NCBI RefSeq assembly: GCF_027448985.1
Contig: NZ_DAIDMN010000001.1
Location: 1 to 51,781, forward strand
Source: Sulfurihydrogenibium sp.
GTDB lineage: Bacteria; Aquificota; Aquificia; Aquificales; Hydrogenothermaceae
Direction: 5' to 3'
Length of the DNA stretch: 51,781 nucleotides
The translations under genes were made by a program, and so were the position numbers. Position 1 is the first letter of the stretch. Every line of letters begins with the position of its first letter. The notes under the pieces are model-generated. The model ran no database searches, was not told the origin of the DNA, and was given only the letters and a program-made list of their open reading frames with translations. This document shows positions 49,432-51,781 of this stretch, in pieces.

Positions 49432-51184
49432 GTATATAACAACACCGGAAAAATTACAGCACATAGAAGAAAACTTAAAAAGTCAACCTTTCATCTATTT
49501 AGATACAGAAGTGGCGGTAAAAGATTTTGAAAACATAGACTACTTTAAAGACCAAATAAGACTTATTCAAATAGGAACAGATACACAAATCTACGTAATA
49601 GATGCCTACAAAATAGACAAAGAAAAAATAAAAAGATTTTTAAAAGAGAATGTAGAAAACAAAGGAATAATTGGACATAACCTCAAATTTGATTTGAAAT
49701 TTTTAGCAACCAACTACAACATTTATCCAAAAGTAGTATTTGATACATTTATAGCCTCTAAAATCCTTGCCAAAGGAGACAATTCTCAAAAACATTCTTT
49801 ATCTGCAGTTGCCACAAGATTGACCGATGAAGAGTTAGACAAATCCTATCAAACATCTCCTTGGTGGATAGAGAACCTTACAAAAGAGCAGATAGAGTAT
49901 GCCGCAAAAGATATAGAAGTTTTAAGAAGTATATTTAAAGAGCAAGTTTTAAGGTTAAATGAAGACCAAACAGCTTTAAAATCATCCGGAGAAACTTTTA
50001 AAGTGTTTGGAGTAAAAAATCCGGTTGCTGCGTTAGAAATGTCTTTCTTACCTTGTTTGGTTAAGATGGAACTATCCGGATTTCCTATCAACGAAAATAA
50101 GCTTCAAATACAAACTCAAAATGCAAAATCGAAGTTTCAAAATCTCTACATTGAATTTAAAAAAAAGTACGGAATAGACCCAATGTCTCCTCAGCAAGTA
50201 GTAAACTTTTTAACAAAAAAACTCTCTATAAAACTACCTAAAACTGAGAAAGGTTCTTTTTCTTCTCAAGACGTTTACTTAAAAGATTACGAAGATAAAC
50301 AGGAAGTTAACCTTTTGCTACAAATTAGATACGAAAAGAAAAATTTAGATAAATTAGAAGAGTTAAAAAAGTACTTGAAAGAAGGAAGAATTTACGGAGA
50401 GTTCAAACAAATTGGAGCATCTACCGGAAGGATGTCTTCTTCCAAACCAAATTTACAGAACATACCTAAAAATTTAAAACACCTGTTTGAAGCTCCCGAA
50501 GGTTATATGTTTATAATAGCAGACTATTCTCAAATTGAACTTAGAATAGCAGCAGAGTATACAAAAGACCAAAACATGATAAAAGCATTCAAAGAAGGTA
50601 AAGACCTTCATAGACTAACAGCATCAATTATAACAGGAAAAGATTACGAAAATATAACCAAAGAAGAGAGAAATTTAGCAAAAGCAATAAACTTTGGACT
50701 TATATATGGTATCTCTCCAAAGTCTTTGGTTGAGTATGCAAAAAACAACTACGGAGTTGAGATAACTTTAAAAGAAGCTAAAATCTTTCACGAAAACTTC
50801 TTTAACTATTATAGTGGCTTTAAAATTTGGCATGAAAAAACAAAAGAGTATTTAGAAAAACACAGATTTATAGAACAACAAACACTTCTTGGTAGAAAAC
50901 TCATCGCTTACAGATTTACAGATGCTGTAAACTATCCAATCCAAGGTTCCGGAAGTGACCTTTTGAAAATGGCTGTTGTTTTATTTTACAAAAGTTTAGA
51001 CAACATAGATGCAAAAGTGGTAAACCTTGTCCACGATGAGATTGTAGTTGAAGTAAAAGAAGAAGATTTAGAAAAAGCAAGAAAGATACTTTCAACAGCT
51101 ATGGAAAAAGCAGGAAAGTATCTATTGAAAGAAGTCCCTGTCTCTTTTGAAATAAGTTTATCAAAGACGTGGAATAAAGATTAG
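49421..51184 (+). CDS. polA: family A DNA polymerase with 3'-5' exonuclease but no 5'-3' nuclease domain
   Basis: LDTE, GHNLKFD, YAAKD exo motifs; TGRMSS, DYSQIELR, AKAINFGLIYG, VHDE; 587 aa. Confidence 0.93.
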   Translation: MQVEYITTPEKLQHIEENLKSQPFIYLDTEVAVKDFENIDYFKDQIRLIQIGTDTQIYVIDAYKIDKEKIKRFLKENVENKGIIGHNLKFDLKFLATNYNIYPKVVFDTFIASKILAKGDNSQKHSLSAVATRLTDEELDKSYQTSPWWIENLTKEQIEYAAKDIEVLRSIFKEQVLRLNEDQTALKSSGETFKVFGVKNPVAALEMSFLPCLVKMELSGFPINENKLQIQTQNAKSKFQNLYIEFKKKYGIDPMSPQQVVNFLTKKLSIKLPKTEKGSFSSQDVYLKDYEDKQEVNLLLQIRYEKKNLDKLEELKKYLKEGRIYGEFKQIGASTGRMSSSKPNLQNIPKNLKHLFEAPEGYMFIIADYSQIELRIAAEYTKDQNMIKAFKEGKDLHRLTASIITGKDYENITKEERNLAKAINFGLIYGISPKSLVEYAKNNYGVEITLKEAKIFHENFFNYYSGFKIWHEKTKEYLEKHRFIEQQTLLGRKLIAYRFTDAVNYPIQGSGSDLLKMAVVLFYKSLDNIDAKVVNLVHDEIVVEVKEEDLEKARKILSTAMEKAGKYLLKEVPVSFEISLSKTWNKD

Positions 51185-51721
51185 ATGCACACTTTATTTA
51201 AAGATGAAGTGATAGTCTTAAAAAGGACTTTCGTAGGAGAAAAGGACGTTAGTCTTTTAGTTTACACAAAAAAACTTGGAAGAGAAAGTATTTTTATACA
51301 AAACGGTCAGTTGATAAAAAATCTTCCTTATGTCTATCTTACAGAGTTTAGCTGGTTTTACGGAGTTTTTTACAAGGTAAAAGATAAACTTTACATAAAT
51401 GAGATAGATAGATTCCAAAACATAGCGATACAATTGGTTAAAGATTATGAAAAATTTTTATCCGGATACAACATCATAAATTGGATTTATAGGTTTGCCC
51501 CTCACCCAGATGAAAAAATATTCATCCTTTTAAAAAAAACTCTCTACTATTTAGCAACATCAAAAGATGTAAAAACTCTTGAATTGGCTTTTTTACTGCG
51601 TCTAACATACCTAAACGGAGAACTTAACATATCCAACTTGGATATAAACGATAAAGAAAAAAATTTTTTGAGTAAAATTTTTAAGACACCTCTTTCAGAA
51701 ATTGCTAAAAACTCTAAATAA
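51185..51721 (+). CDS. recO: DNA repair protein RecO (short form)
   Basis: EVIVLKR..GEKD...YTKKLG N-terminal OB-fold pattern followed by a helical bundle. Confidence 0.7.
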   Translation: MHTLFKDEVIVLKRTFVGEKDVSLLVYTKKLGRESIFIQNGQLIKNLPYVYLTEFSWFYGVFYKVKDKLYINEIDRFQNIAIQLVKDYEKFLSGYNIINWIYRFAPHPDEKIFILLKKTLYYLATSKDVKTLELAFLLRLTYLNGELNISNLDINDKEKNFLSKIFKTPLSEIAKNSK

Positions 51722-51781
51722 ATAATTTAAATTAATCAACTGTTTAAAAGGTTGATAAGAATATTTTTTAAAATATCTGGA

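Noticed and set aside
1-51781. CRISPR arrays, tRNA/rRNA genes, IS elements, prophage
   Set aside because: No regularly spaced direct repeats, cloverleaf-like GC-rich segments, DDE transposases, integrases or phage genes recognised by eye; intergenic gaps are short
51185-51781. recO truncated by a frameshift
   Set aside because: Alternative frames near the stop also terminate within a few codons; no evidence of a continuation

Overview
AT-rich (roughly 31-33% GC by eye), gene-dense bacterial chromosome segment. Gene content (Klenow-only PolA, SQR, globin-PsiE fusion, DUF29, Rpn) suggests Aquificota, probably Sulfurihydrogenibium-like (inference). It is mostly housekeeping: thiE, gltX, polX, trpC, uppP, nrdR, hemL, KhtTU-like antiporter, NtrBC-like pair, ygfZ, sqr, nadD, HtrA, UbiA family, fabZ, RpoS-like sigma, comM, smc, thpR, dapF, argD, cysS, dksA, pncA, polA, recO. 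No rRNA, tRNA, CRISPR array or intact IS was recognised. The best candidate system is a pair of metal-transport operons, one for uptake (OM barrel + ZnuA/ZnuB-like) and one for efflux (CzcCBA-like). Each is led by a small, probably exported His/Cys-containing uORF ending in a Pro-Pro motif (RSPP, KPP), whose last codons can base-pair with the ribosome-binding region of the next gene, suggesting ribosome-stalling metal switches. Other highlights: strong window-wide over-representation of the palindrome TCCGGA, a DapF with both catalytic Cys replaced by Ser, a 47-aa ORF after sqr that the ORF track misses, internal starts in Rpn and in an acidic scaffold-like protein, an ATA-initiated OM protein, and a 1-nt frameshift in smc.
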